Source of the DNA: Promethearchaeia archaeon
Lineage (GTDB): Archaea > Asgardarchaeota > Lokiarchaeia > Sigyniarchaeales > SOKP01
NCBI GenBank assembly: GCA_029856045.1
Contig: JAHQWG010000047.1
Coordinates: forward strand, 160,001-224,000
Direction: 5' to 3'
DNA length: 64,000 bases
The position numbers and the translations under genes were made by a program. The notes beneath the pieces are model-generated. The model ran no database searches and was not told the origin of the DNA. It was given only the letters and a program-made list of their open reading frames with translations. Below are positions 21,035 to 30,739 of this stretch, piece after piece; position 1 is the stretch's first letter, and each line of letters begins with the position of its first letter.

Positions 21035-21981
21035 GTGAAAGAAGTGATTCTAGTGAAATCTTAAATAGCTTAGAAAAGTATGATCTTGATATTAGTGATT
21101 ATCTTCCATCTCATAGTGGTCCAAAATTAGTTCTTAATTTTAATAAGATAACAACCGTTAGTGAAGTTGAGGGTATAATACTCAAAGGTCGAGAGATTGA
21201 GAATGGAATTATAGCTGACATTGTGATTAAAGAAGGAACTGTATTTGAAGATCCTATCCATTTATGTTTTGGAGTCAATAAAGAAACAGGGCTCCAAGAA
21301 ATTTTTCCTAGAATCATCGCAGAAGATAATAGCAGCGTGACTTTACAGGCTCATTGCTCTTTTCCAAATGCAAAAAACCTAACTCATAAAATGTTTGGAC
21401 ACATCTACGTTGGTAAAAATTGCAAATTCGTTTATAATGAAACACACTATCATGGTGAGCAGAATGGGGCTACTGTAGCGCCAGTATCTTATGTTTATGT
21501 TGGAGAAAATAGTTATTTCGAGAATAATTTCTTTTTAACACAGGGAACTATTGGTCGTATGAAGATTCAAATAGACATTTATGCTTTTAAGGATAGTAGA
21601 ATCAATTCAAATGTGAAAGCTTTTGGAAAAAATTCATTGGATTCAATTCGTGTAAGAGATGCAGTCTTTTTGGAGGGAGAAAATGCCAGAAGTATAATAA
21701 AAATGAAAGCTGCAGCCATTGGTGGAGGTGAAGTAATGATGTTCGGTATCACAGAGGGCAATGCAGCGAATACAACAGGTCATGTGGATTGCACTGAAAT
21801 CGTAAAGGACCGAGGATCTAGATGCCGAGCAATCCCCCTTATTAGGGCTACTGATGAGAGTTGTCATATAACTCATGAAGCAAGTTTAGGTAAGGTGGAT
21901 TCGGCACAGTTAAATGCATTAATGGCTCGTGGTTTGGATGAAGATGAAGCAACAGATTTAATTATAAAAAATATGCTTTAA
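21031..21981 (+). CDS. SufB/SufD (SmsB-like) Fe-S assembly protein
   Basis: PIHLCFG, AHCSFP, GHVDCTEIV, THEASLG, LMARGL. Confidence 0.88.
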   Translation: MSERSDSSEILNSLEKYDLDISDYLPSHSGPKLVLNFNKITTVSEVEGIILKGREIENGIIADIVIKEGTVFEDPIHLCFGVNKETGLQEIFPRIIAEDNSSVTLQAHCSFPNAKNLTHKMFGHIYVGKNCKFVYNETHYHGEQNGATVAPVSYVYVGENSYFENNFFLTQGTIGRMKIQIDIYAFKDSRINSNVKAFGKNSLDSIRVRDAVFLEGENARSIIKMKAAAIGGGEVMMFGITEGNAANTTGHVDCTEIVKDRGSRCRAIPLIRATDESCHITHEASLGKVDSAQLNALMARGLDEDEATDLIIKNML

Positions 21982-21996
21982 CGAGGTGTCAAAACA

Positions 21997-22644
21997 GTGA
22001 AAGAAAACACAAAATATAATATGCATAGATTTATAGGGAAGCAAATTATAGATGAGATTCAACCTTGGTTTGAATTTTCTACAAGCTTACCATGGGACGA
22101 AAGAAGTCCTCCGTGGGTATTTGATAATAAGGTAAGAAGGCAAATATTAGTTATATTATCTGAAAGTCCTTTAACTTTTGAAGAAATTATAGAACGAGTA
22201 TTGTTTAAACCAGCGCCATTGATAATAACAAAAGAAGAATATGAGCCAAAAATAATATATCAATGGGATAAAAGAACGATTGAGAATCATTTATTTAATT
22301 TAGAATGGTATGGACTTGTTAGAAAGAACGTTGATAAATATGAAATTAACTTTCCAATTATTAATAAAGAGCAACTAGACGATGTTGAGAATTACGTTAT
22401 TAAATTTGCAGAAAATTGGGTAAAAGTAATTGAGGAATCCAAGGAAGAAATTTTAAATAAATACCAAGGATTGCATAAGAACACTCCAATAATGGATATA
22501 ATTATTGAAAAAATTATTGAGAAATTATGGGAAACTCTTAAAAAGAAGGGATTAGTTCCCAATAAACCGAATCTCAAGCATCTATGGGGAGAACAGTTGA
22601 GAAAAACTAAATTCAATGAATGGGTCTTAAAAAATTTTAAATAA
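21997..22644 (+). CDS. Hypothetical protein with wHTH-like region
   Basis: RRQILVIL...PLTFEEI...IENHL..LEWYGLV; GAGGTG SD before GTG. Confidence 0.65.
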   Translation: MKENTKYNMHRFIGKQIIDEIQPWFEFSTSLPWDERSPPWVFDNKVRRQILVILSESPLTFEEIIERVLFKPAPLIITKEEYEPKIIYQWDKRTIENHLFNLEWYGLVRKNVDKYEINFPIINKEQLDDVENYVIKFAENWVKVIEESKEEILNKYQGLHKNTPIMDIIIEKIIEKLWETLKKKGLVPNKPNLKHLWGEQLRKTKFNEWVLKNFK

Positions 22645-22701
22645 CTATAAATTTCTTATTTTATGCATTCATTTTTTATTATGAAGTAAGGTGAAATTAA
22701 A

Positions 22702-23085
22702 ATGAAAATATTACACAATGGTTTAACATTTCGTTCTAAAGAAGAAAGCGATAAATTTCTCATAGATTTTCTGGGTTTAGAAATAAAACGTTCTTTTACA
22801 GGCGAAAAATGGCTAATGAAGGAATGTTTTGGGATAAATAAAGACATTGAAATAATTCACTATGGAAATGAAGAAGCCCTATTAGAAGTATTTATAAATG
22901 ATAATGTTTCAGAAAAAAAAGATAAAATTGTTCATATTTGTATAGAAGTCGATGATCGGGATTCCTTAGTAGATAAAGCAGCTGCTATAGGAATCGAATC
23001 AATAGTTATTCCAAGAAAAGATAGTGAGAAAGGTTATTACTTATTCATTCGGGATTCTTCAAATAATTTATATGAGATCAAATAA
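22702..23085 (+). CDS. VOC/glyoxalase family protein
   Basis: LHNGL, LEVF, HICIEV, FIRD..NNLYEI. Confidence 0.85.
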   Translation: MKILHNGLTFRSKEESDKFLIDFLGLEIKRSFTGEKWLMKECFGINKDIEIIHYGNEEALLEVFINDNVSEKKDKIVHICIEVDDRDSLVDKAAAIGIESIVIPRKDSEKGYYLFIRDSSNNLYEIK

Positions 23086-23119
23086 GTTTTAAATTGTTAT
23101 TTGATTTTGAGAAATTATA

Positions 23120-23713
23120 ATGCAATTATATTTCATATCAGATAGAGGATTTTTAATAAAAATAAATAAATATGATTTCTTAGATGAGGACGTTTATGTA
23201 ACTGATGATGGCAGCACTGTTTATATCTGGTATGGCCTAAATGCTTCGAAGGAGAAGAAAGAAGCGGCTTTGCGAACCGCACGGCATATAGTTAGAGAAA
23301 AAGTGGGTTCTGCAAAAATTCTCTTAATGAATCAAAATGATGAATATGGTGCTTTTTTAGCCATGATAGATGATTTAAGAGGTGGTATTTTAGAAGATGG
23401 ATCTTTTAAACCAAGACCTGAATTAGATTTGGAGGAGATCATAGAAGGACCAGAGAAAGATATAGGTCTGGAATCTATGATTAGAGTTGCAGCATATTAT
23501 ATCTCTTTAGAAAATTATACTTATGACGATTTATGTTGGCTTTTAGCCGAAAAACATCTAATCATAATGAAGGGGAAAGCAAACATAACGGAAGATAATA
23601 TCAAGCAGAAAGCGGAGGAGGTATATAAATCATCCACAACATACGATGAGTTATGTTGGTTGATGGGGGAACTTGATATATTGATCGATCAGGGCTATGT
23701 TGAATTAGAATAA
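23120..23713 (+). CDS. Gelsolin-domain protein with C-terminal helical repeat domain
   Basis: FLDEDVYVTDDG.TVYIWYG..AS..KK.AA...Q.DE...F gelsolin signature; two YD.LCWL repeats at the C-terminus. Confidence 0.8.
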   Translation: MQLYFISDRGFLIKINKYDFLDEDVYVTDDGSTVYIWYGLNASKEKKEAALRTARHIVREKVGSAKILLMNQNDEYGAFLAMIDDLRGGILEDGSFKPRPELDLEEIIEGPEKDIGLESMIRVAAYYISLENYTYDDLCWLLAEKHLIIMKGKANITEDNIKQKAEEVYKSSTTYDELCWLMGELDILIDQGYVELE

Positions 23714-23813
23714 AGAATTGAGCACCATTTTTTCTCTATTTTTTAAATCGATTAATTTTAAAAGATTTCCATATTTAAATCGAAATTCATAAATAAATAG
23801 AATTGTTGTTATT

Positions 23814-24056
23814 ATACCCAATATAACTTTCTCAATATCTAAAGATCTCTATGAGAAGATGAAACAATATCCTGAGATTAAGTGAAACACCTTATCTCTT
23901 AAGTGGATTGAACCACATCTTGATAAACTCGAAGATCCAAATATACAATCTATATCTGAACTTAGAGACCGGCTTAGGAAAAAAGGTATCTCTACGGATG
24001 ATTTAACTCATGAGAAAATAATAGAATCATATAAAAAGAGGGAATGTCCCAAATAA
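23814..24056 (+). pseudogene. Ribbon-helix-helix antitoxin-like gene interrupted by TGA
   Basis: Manual translation IPNITFSISKDLYEKMKQYPEIK*NTLS...; TGA at 23883 falls where this family usually has Trp (PEIKW); no toxin gene adjacent. Confidence 0.7.
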
Positions 24057-24123
24057 GGTTTATAATTGTAATAAAACAAAAGATAATAAATAATAATCAA
24101 ATTAAACATATCTAAATTTATTC

Positions 24124-24492
24124 TTATTTTTGTTTTGTTCTATAATTTTCTATTGCCTTACGTAATCCATCAGATGCTAAGTTAGAGCAGTGCATTTTAA
24201 TGGGTGGAAGACCATCTAAGGAACCTGCAATATCATCTCTTGTTATTTTCATAGCATCATCCAAAGTCTTTCCCTTGGCTAACTCCGTAATCATTGAAGA
24301 AGTAGCAATTGCTGCACCACACCCAAAAGTCTGGAAAGAAATATCGTCAATATGATTATTCTTTACTTTAATATAAATATACATTAAATCTCCACAGATT
24401 GGGTTTCCGATCTCTCCCACAGCATCTGCATCCTTCATTTCTCCCATATTTCGGGGGTTTCTAAAATGATCCATTACTTTTTCTGAATACAT
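24124..24492 (-). CDS. iscU: Fe-S scaffold IscU/NifU
   Basis: YSEKVMDHF.NPRN.G, CGD, FGCG, K.HCS. Confidence 0.95.
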   Translation of the reverse strand: MYSEKVMDHFRNPRNMGEMKDADAVGEIGNPICGDLMYIYIKVKNNHIDDISFQTFGCGAAIATSSMITELAKGKTLDDAMKITRDDIAGSLDGLPPIKMHCSNLASDGLRKAIENYRTKQK

Positions 24493-24537
24493 TTCATTTA
24501 TACCTTATTTTTAATCTTTAATTAATATTTTTATATT

Positions 24538-25776
24538 TTAATGGTGGTGGTTAGTTTCGTATGTTGGGTCAAACGTATATTTTTTCCCCTTTTTTAAGGG
24601 AGATATCTTTCTCAATTTTTCGATAATAGGAGGGAGTTTTTCTAAAAAATAGTCAATATCTGCTTCAGTTGTATATCTTCCCGTAGTAATTCTTAATGAA
24701 CCATGTACATCTTCAGGTTTTTGACCGATGGCTAATAATACATGAGAAGGTTCTAAAGATTTTGAAGAGCACGCTGAACCTGTAGAGGTGGCTATACCTT
24801 CCATATCCAAACTTAAAATTATGGATTCTCCTTCAATATATCTAAACCCTAAATTAACATTGTTTGGTAGACGCTTAGTATGGTGTCCATTAAGATAAAC
24901 ATCTTCAATATTTTCAGTAATTACCTTGATAATTTTATCTCTAAATTTTATTAGTTTTTCAGATTCTTCCTTCATATTCCGTTTGCATAATTCAACTGCT
25001 TTTGCAAACCCGGCAATACCCGGAACATTTTCTGTGCTTGACCTCAACCCCCTTTCATGCCCTCCACCATGAAATAGCGGTTCAATATACTTACCCCACC
25101 CTTTTCTTACACCGTGTCCCCTGATATATAATAATCCAACTCCTTTTGGTCCATATAGCTTGTGCGCCGAAGCTGAAAGTAGATCTATATTCATCTCTTC
25201 AACATCGATTGGAACTTTTCCAAGAGTTTGAACAGCATCAGTATGAAATATAACATCGTGTTTTTTTGCGATTTCACCAATTTCTTTTATTGGTTCGATT
25301 GTTCCTATTTCATTATTTGCAAACATTATGGATATCAAAATTGTTTTATTGGTGATGGTCTCTTCCAATTCTTTTAAATCAATCAATCCATATTCATCTA
25401 CAGGTAAGTAGGTTACTTTAAATCCTTGTGTTTCTAGATATTGACAAGTGTGTTGGACAGCATGATGTTCAATGCTTGAAGTAATTATATGATTACCACG
25501 TCCTTTATTTTTAAAAGCTACCCCTTTTATTGCTAAATTATCAGATTCGGTGCCTGATGATGTGAAAAATATTTCATCCGTTTTAGCGTTAATCAATGAA
25601 GCCACAATTTCTCTGGATTTTTGTAATATTTGGGCTGCATTTTGACCTATTTTATGAAAACTTGATGGATTTCCATAAGTTACTCTATAATGTTTCTCAA
25701 TTTCTTTAATAACCTCTGGATCCATGGGAGTTGTAGCAGCGTAGTCTAAATATACATTTTTCATTTCTACTTTCAC
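24538..25776 (-). CDS. iscS: Cysteine desulfurase
   Basis: YLDYAATTP, EH.AV, NNEIG, HTDAVQ, SAHK.YGPKG, STGSACSS. Confidence 0.95.
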   Translation of the reverse strand: MKVEMKNVYLDYAATTPMDPEVIKEIEKHYRVTYGNPSSFHKIGQNAAQILQKSREIVASLINAKTDEIFFTSSGTESDNLAIKGVAFKNKGRGNHIITSSIEHHAVQHTCQYLETQGFKVTYLPVDEYGLIDLKELEETITNKTILISIMFANNEIGTIEPIKEIGEIAKKHDVIFHTDAVQTLGKVPIDVEEMNIDLLSASAHKLYGPKGVGLLYIRGHGVRKGWGKYIEPLFHGGGHERGLRSSTENVPGIAGFAKAVELCKRNMKEESEKLIKFRDKIIKVITENIEDVYLNGHHTKRLPNNVNLGFRYIEGESIILSLDMEGIATSTGSACSSKSLEPSHVLLAIGQKPEDVHGSLRITTGRYTTEADIDYFLEKLPPIIEKLRKISPLKKGKKYTFDPTYETNHHH

Positions 25777-25912
25777 TTATAATTTAATTCCTTCTCAATA
25801 ATTTAATTATTTTTCTTATATTTTAAAAATGCTTTACTATTTGTTAGAACGCGAAAAAGCAAATTACGCATTACTTTTTAGAATTTATTAATTATCTTAA
25901 GATATATATCAA

Positions 25913-26500
25913 TTATGTCGTCTTAAAAGAATTTTCAACTTCTTTCAAGATATTTTCTATAGATTGTTTTTCTTTTAAATTGAATTCAGGAGCAAAATCA
26001 CATTTAATAGAATTACCATAATAAGAATTACCGAAAAATGTTTCACAATTCTTTATCGCTTTTAATAAGAATTTTTGATCCCCAAAATGTAAATATATTG
26101 ATATATCGTTGATAATTAGAATTGAAGTCGGTTTTTTCGCAAATTTTTTAAGCAATTTTAAAGTTAATTTATAATTATGATTTGCATTTCTATACAATTC
26201 CTCTCGATTTTTCGCATTCAAGCGTGGGGGAATAATTTCTCCTTGTAAATTAAGGTAATTACAGCTTTTACTTTTCTTATAAAAATCTTTTATTTTACCT
26301 GCAATTTTTTTTCCTTTAATCATCATTAACTTTGGTGCAAAGTCCAAAATGCTAATTTTCTTGGGATCTATTTGTTTATCTTCTAAAAGAAATCGTATAA
26401 GATTTGCTGTGTAAAATGTCTTTTTAGTATCGACTTCACCGTAGATAATAGTCGTATGTCCGATTAGACTCTCGAAATCTATATTATTATAGAAACTCAT
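25913..26500 (-). CDS. Hypothetical protein with degenerate P-loop features
   Basis: IYGEVDTKKT (Walker A-like), LIINDISIYLH (Walker B-like). Confidence 0.6.
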   Translation of the reverse strand: MSFYNNIDFESLIGHTTIIYGEVDTKKTFYTANLIRFLLEDKQIDPKKISILDFAPKLMMIKGKKIAGKIKDFYKKSKSCNYLNLQGEIIPPRLNAKNREELYRNANHNYKLTLKLLKKFAKKPTSILIINDISIYLHFGDQKFLLKAIKNCETFFGNSYYGNSIKCDFAPEFNLKEKQSIENILKEVENSFKTT

Positions 26501-26535
26501 TTTTCGATTAAAAATAATTTAAATTTATCTTTAAA

Positions 26536-27117
26536 TTAAAAGAAATCCTTCCAAGTTATTCCAGCTTTCTTTAAGACTTTCAGCATTAAAAATCCCAAAA
26601 TAGCTCCGGGGATACAACTTAACGAAAATAGACCCCACCAAAATAATATTCCTTGAAAAGTTGGGACACCATATATTGGTAGAAGAAAATCTGAAATGGT
26701 GCCGCCTATAAATACTGTGCCGATTGGATCCATTAAACTGGCGTAATCAACATATTTTGGTTTTTTTTTACGTAATACATAAGCAACTGTTCCAGTAATA
26801 ACTGCTCCAGAGACACCCCCAGGAAATGCTAATATGGAACCAATACCTAAACTAAAACGTAAGACTGCAATAGCTAATGCAGTTGTACATGCTAAACTTA
26901 ACCCCACCAACACACCCATCATACCATTTATCATATGGGCATATGGGTTAATTTTTGATCCAAAAATTTCAAAGTAAGCAAAAACATTTAAGTAGCTAAG
27001 AATTAATCCAACTCCAACAAATACAGCAGAAGTTGCAATTCTCTTATTTTTATTGGTTTTGAATAATTTTGTATCTTTTGACTCATCAGATGATTGATTA
27101 GAATTAATTTTTTCCAT
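26536..27117 (-). CDS. thiW: ECF transporter S component, ThiW family
   Basis: NP.AH.IN...GVL.G, LR...G.G...AFPG...GA, IGT..IGG. Confidence 0.8.
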   Translation of the reverse strand: MEKINSNQSSDESKDTKLFKTNKNKRIATSAVFVGVGLILSYLNVFAYFEIFGSKINPYAHMINGMMGVLVGLSLACTTALAIAVLRFSLGIGSILAFPGGVSGAVITGTVAYVLRKKKPKYVDYASLMDPIGTVFIGGTISDFLLPIYGVPTFQGILFWWGLFSLSCIPGAILGFLMLKVLKKAGITWKDFF

Positions 27118-27170
27118 ATCTCCAACTATTAATTCTATGTCTATTTACAGTAAAAAAAACATATTTGCAT

Positions 27171-28622
27171 TTATAATAGATAACCTTCTTTTAAATCTTC
27201 AATGTTAATCCCTAACTCTTTCAATTTTTCTCTTATATCATCAGAAATATCAAATATTTTCTTTTCCCTTAATTTGACGCGAGTCTCTGCAATAATATTC
27301 AATAAGGCTTTTATTAATTTATCTTTCTCATCCATTGAGTTAATCCCATATTCTGATATTCTTTGCTCTAAATTAGGGAATATTCCAAATATTTTATCAA
27401 TTTTGGTCATAAATTCAAAAAATTTATCTTTAAATTCTTGTGTAATTTTTAAATTCTTTTCCAAAATTTCTCTATTAAGCTCCCTTATTAACGATAACAA
27501 TTCTGCAATTGCGACAGGAGTGTTAAAATCATCATCCATCACTTCGATAATATTTGATTCAGTATCATTTATTTTTAAAAGTAAATTATCAACTTCAGAA
27601 GATCTCTCTTTTATTGGAGGAATTTGGAAAATTTTCTTTATTGTATTAAGTAATTTTTCATAATTTTTTTCAATCTGTTTCATATTCTCTAAAGAGTAAT
27701 TTATGGACTTCCGGTAATGCGAAGAAATTAAAAAGAATCTAACCACCATAGGGTCAAATTCCTTTACAACTTCAGTAACTGAAAAAATATTCCCCAAGCT
27801 TTTTGACATTTTCTCATCATCGAGATTTACAAAACCATTATGTAGAAAATAATTCGCAAATGTCTTACCTGTGAATGATTCAGATTGTGCAATTTCATTC
27901 CTATGATGAGGAAATTTCAAATCTTGACCACCTCCATGAATATCAATTGTTTCCCCTAAATAATAGATTGCCATTGCTGAACATTCGATGTGCCAACCGG
28001 GCCTCCCTTTACTCCACGGGCTTTTCCAATATGGTTCTCCTTCCTTCATTTTTTTCCATAAGGCAAAATCTCTTGGATCTAATTTGTCTTCGCCAAATGC
28101 AACATCTTGATCTTCTTCGATTTCTTGTTCAATTTCCTCTTCAATATCTAAGTTTTGAAAAATTGTCTTGTATTTCGGAAATGAATTTACAGAAAAATAT
28201 ACAGAGCCATTTTTCTCATAAGCAACACCTTTTTCTATCAGACCTTGAATAAATTTTACCATAAAGTCGATAGTCTCCGTGGCTTTGGGATTCAAATAAT
28301 CCTTTTCTATGTTTAAAACATCCATAATTTCAAAATATTCTTTTGTATACTGTTCGCTGAGAGTTTTTGTATCAATACCTTTCTCATTAGCCCTGTTAAT
28401 TATCTTATCATCAATGTCAGTGATGTTTTTTACGAGTTTAACATTAAAACCCTTGAATTCAAGATACTTGCGAATGATATCAAATACTACTGCTGACTTT
28501 GCATGCCCTAGATGAGGTGAACCATAAACTGTTGGACCACAGACATACATCAAAACTTCATTAGGACTTATCGGTTTAAATTCTTCTTTTTGAAATGTTA
28601 AACTATTATATACTTTCAGCAT
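27171..28622 (-). CDS. cysS: Cysteinyl-tRNA synthetase
   Basis: YVCGPTVY, HLGH, NITDIDDKII, DFALWK, GRPGWHIECS, KMSKS. Confidence 0.97.
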   Translation of the reverse strand: MLKVYNSLTFQKEEFKPISPNEVLMYVCGPTVYGSPHLGHAKSAVVFDIIRKYLEFKGFNVKLVKNITDIDDKIINRANEKGIDTKTLSEQYTKEYFEIMDVLNIEKDYLNPKATETIDFMVKFIQGLIEKGVAYEKNGSVYFSVNSFPKYKTIFQNLDIEEEIEQEIEEDQDVAFGEDKLDPRDFALWKKMKEGEPYWKSPWSKGRPGWHIECSAMAIYYLGETIDIHGGGQDLKFPHHRNEIAQSESFTGKTFANYFLHNGFVNLDDEKMSKSLGNIFSVTEVVKEFDPMVVRFFLISSHYRKSINYSLENMKQIEKNYEKLLNTIKKIFQIPPIKERSSEVDNLLLKINDTESNIIEVMDDDFNTPVAIAELLSLIRELNREILEKNLKITQEFKDKFFEFMTKIDKIFGIFPNLEQRISEYGINSMDEKDKLIKALLNIIAETRVKLREKKIFDISDDIREKLKELGINIEDLKEGYLL

Positions 28623-28668
28623 CCTTTGAGTAAGTTAATTAAATTTTTAAATGTTTTTAAACAAAATA

Positions 28669-28741
28669 AGCCAGTGGTGGGACTTGAACCCACGAATAAC
28701 CGCTCTGCAGGCGGTCTCCTTAGCCACTCGGATACACTGGC
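28669..28741 (-). tRNA. tRNA-Cys (GCA)
   Basis: Cloverleaf: GCCAGTG/CACTGGC acceptor stem, ACCGC-CTGCAGA-GCGGT anticodon arm, GTGGG-TTCAAGT-CCCAC T arm, U73 discriminator, CCA not encoded. Confidence 0.95.
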
Positions 28742-29089
28742 TTTTATTGCTGTCGAGTTATTAAAAATATGTATATTATATCAAATAAATTTTATTCTAA
28801 TATTCTTTTAAAATTATTCATTGAATTGTTCTCGCCATTCCTTGATGGATAACATATTAATATCCTCCTGAAAAATTTTCAATATAGCATCTATTTAAGC
28901 AATTTAAACATAATTCTGTGATGAATTACAATCATTAAATACTCAATTTTGCCAAAGCAAATGAATTTAAACCTTTTGGAACTATTAATGGAAAATAAGT
29001 ATGATGAAATATTGAGGGGCTTGATAGGGTCTTCGTGAAAATATTAAGGAATTTGATAATATTATAATAAAATTTTGAGAATGTAATTT

Positions 29090-30148
29090 CTAAGAGTCCC
29101 AAAAACCCCTTTTCTTTAAATATCTTCCCAAATAAACCAAGATTAGCATGATAGGAACTTCCCAGAATAACCCCATGGTTGTACCAAGTGCCGCCACTGA
29201 ACCAACTCCGTACATTGTAATAGCTGTGGCAATAGCTATTTCAAAGTGGCTTGAAGAACCAATAATAACTGTTATGATTGCTTCTCTATATTTCATTTTG
29301 AAGAGTTTTGTAATTAGTATGTTGTAGCCAACTACAATCATAAATCCAACCAATAATGGGATTGTAACTACTATTAACAAATCTGGATTATTAATCAACA
29401 CATTTCCATTCAATGAGAAAAGAATGACTAAAGTTGTCAATAATGCAATAATTGAAATTTTTCCAACAAATGGTCGATAATTATCATTAAACCATTCTAC
29501 TCCCTTGGAATTAATTATCAATTTTTTACTGACTATACCTAAGAATAATGGAATTCCGATAAAAAATAATAATGAAATTAATAAAAGTACCCAATCAATG
29601 GGAATATTTTGAATCCCTGTGAGTAATGTAACAATAGGAACATAAAGAAAAATTATAGTGATTGTATTTAAACTGGTATTAACCACATTTTGTTCTTGAT
29701 TACCCTTTGCCATATAACCCCATACTAGGACCATTGCTGTACAGGGTGATGAGCTAAGAAGAATAACCGCTACAATTAACTGTTCATTACCGTTTAAAAA
29801 TAGATTTACCATTACCAAGCCAACTATAGGCGCGATAACCCAATTGGATAAAATCGTCAATATTATTGGCTTAGGACTTTTTCTTAATTTTTTTAATTCT
29901 GATGCTTGTAGATTTAACATTGCGGGATACATCATTAAGAATAGGCAGATGCCAATTGGGATTGAAATACCCTGAATTTGCCAAGAATTAATCGATTCAC
30001 TTACTGCAGGTATAACTTGAGAAAAAATAATCCCAATGACCATACATAAGGCAACCCAAATTGGAAGATATTTTTCGAAAAAACCGATTCCTCTAGATCT
30101 TTCTTCTATTTTTTCCAGATCTGAGCTGTGTTCAGTTCCTATCACCAT
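29090..30148 (-). CDS. acr3: Arsenite efflux transporter, Acr3 family
   Basis: FFEKYL..WV, MMYP, PCTAMVLVW, S.HFEIAIA, EVP.M; divergent from arsR. Confidence 0.92.
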   Translation of the reverse strand: MVIGTEHSSDLEKIEERSRGIGFFEKYLPIWVALCMVIGIIFSQVIPAVSESINSWQIQGISIPIGICLFLMMYPAMLNLQASELKKLRKSPKPIILTILSNWVIAPIVGLVMVNLFLNGNEQLIVAVILLSSSPCTAMVLVWGYMAKGNQEQNVVNTSLNTITIIFLYVPIVTLLTGIQNIPIDWVLLLISLLFFIGIPLFLGIVSKKLIINSKGVEWFNDNYRPFVGKISIIALLTTLVILFSLNGNVLINNPDLLIVVTIPLLVGFMIVVGYNILITKLFKMKYREAIITVIIGSSSHFEIAIATAITMYGVGSVAALGTTMGLFWEVPIMLILVYLGRYLKKRGFWDS

Positions 30149-30153
30149 GATTC

Positions 30154-30235
30154 TTCAAATAGATTTATTTATTTTTTTTTGATAAGATCCTTATATCTAA
30201 AAATATGGATTCAGATTTAAGTTTATCTATTTGAA
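30154..30235. promoter_or_regulatory. Inverted repeat in the acr3/arsR divergent promoter (putative ArsR operator sites)
   Basis: TTCAAATAGAT (30154-30164) and ATCTATTTGAA (30225-30235) are exact reverse complements; the right copy also forms an imperfect palindrome with TTCAGATTTA (30210-30219). Confidence 0.55.
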
Positions 30236-30274
30236 TTCAAAAAAATTATTAGTCATGATTTTAATACTATAATT

Positions 30275-30625
30275 ATGGGATTAAAAAATGAAGAAGAACT
30301 TAGACGTTTAATCGAATGTGTTGGAATTGATAAAAACATTGTTGAATATATTGAGGAATTAAAGAAAAAAAGAGATGAAATTTTATCTAGAAAAGATTTT
30401 GAAAGCAATTTATCACGCTATAACGCACTCGGACATAAAATTAGATATTTAATTTATAATTTAATAAAAAAAAAAGAAATATGCATATGCGAGTTAAATG
30501 CGATTTTAGATTTAACTCAACCAACAATTTCCCATCATGTAAAAATTTTAGAACAAGCAGGTTTGATTATTGGGATTAAAAGCGGGAGATTTACCCATTA
30601 TCAAATTAAAAAAGAAATTAATTAG
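30275..30625 (+). CDS. arsR: ArsR family repressor
   Basis: CICEL metal site, TQPTISHH.KILE.AGL. Confidence 0.88.
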   Translation: MGLKNEEELRRLIECVGIDKNIVEYIEELKKKRDEILSRKDFESNLSRYNALGHKIRYLIYNLIKKKEICICELNAILDLTQPTISHHVKILEQAGLIIGIKSGRFTHYQIKKEIN

Positions 30626-30739
30626 ATTTTTTGAATGATTTAAAAATCAAAATTTTAATTAATTAAAAAAAATTGAGGTAAAGAGATTTCACTCACAATT
30701 TTAATGAAGCTTAAAATAAAATAAAAAAAAGAAATTGAA

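Noticed and set aside
23883-23885. TGA at a Trp site as evidence of UGA=Trp recoding
   Set aside because: Several intact genes end at TGA (e.g. 39402, 50319, 61773) and TGG is used normally
28626-28811. 61-aa ORF on the + strand in the track
   Set aside because: Antisense to tRNA-Cys; spurious
28814-29040. AGGAGG followed by a 13-aa ORF (MLSIKEWREQFNE) on the minus strand
   Set aside because: Looks like the tail of a decayed gene; the family cannot be identified and the SD may be coincidental
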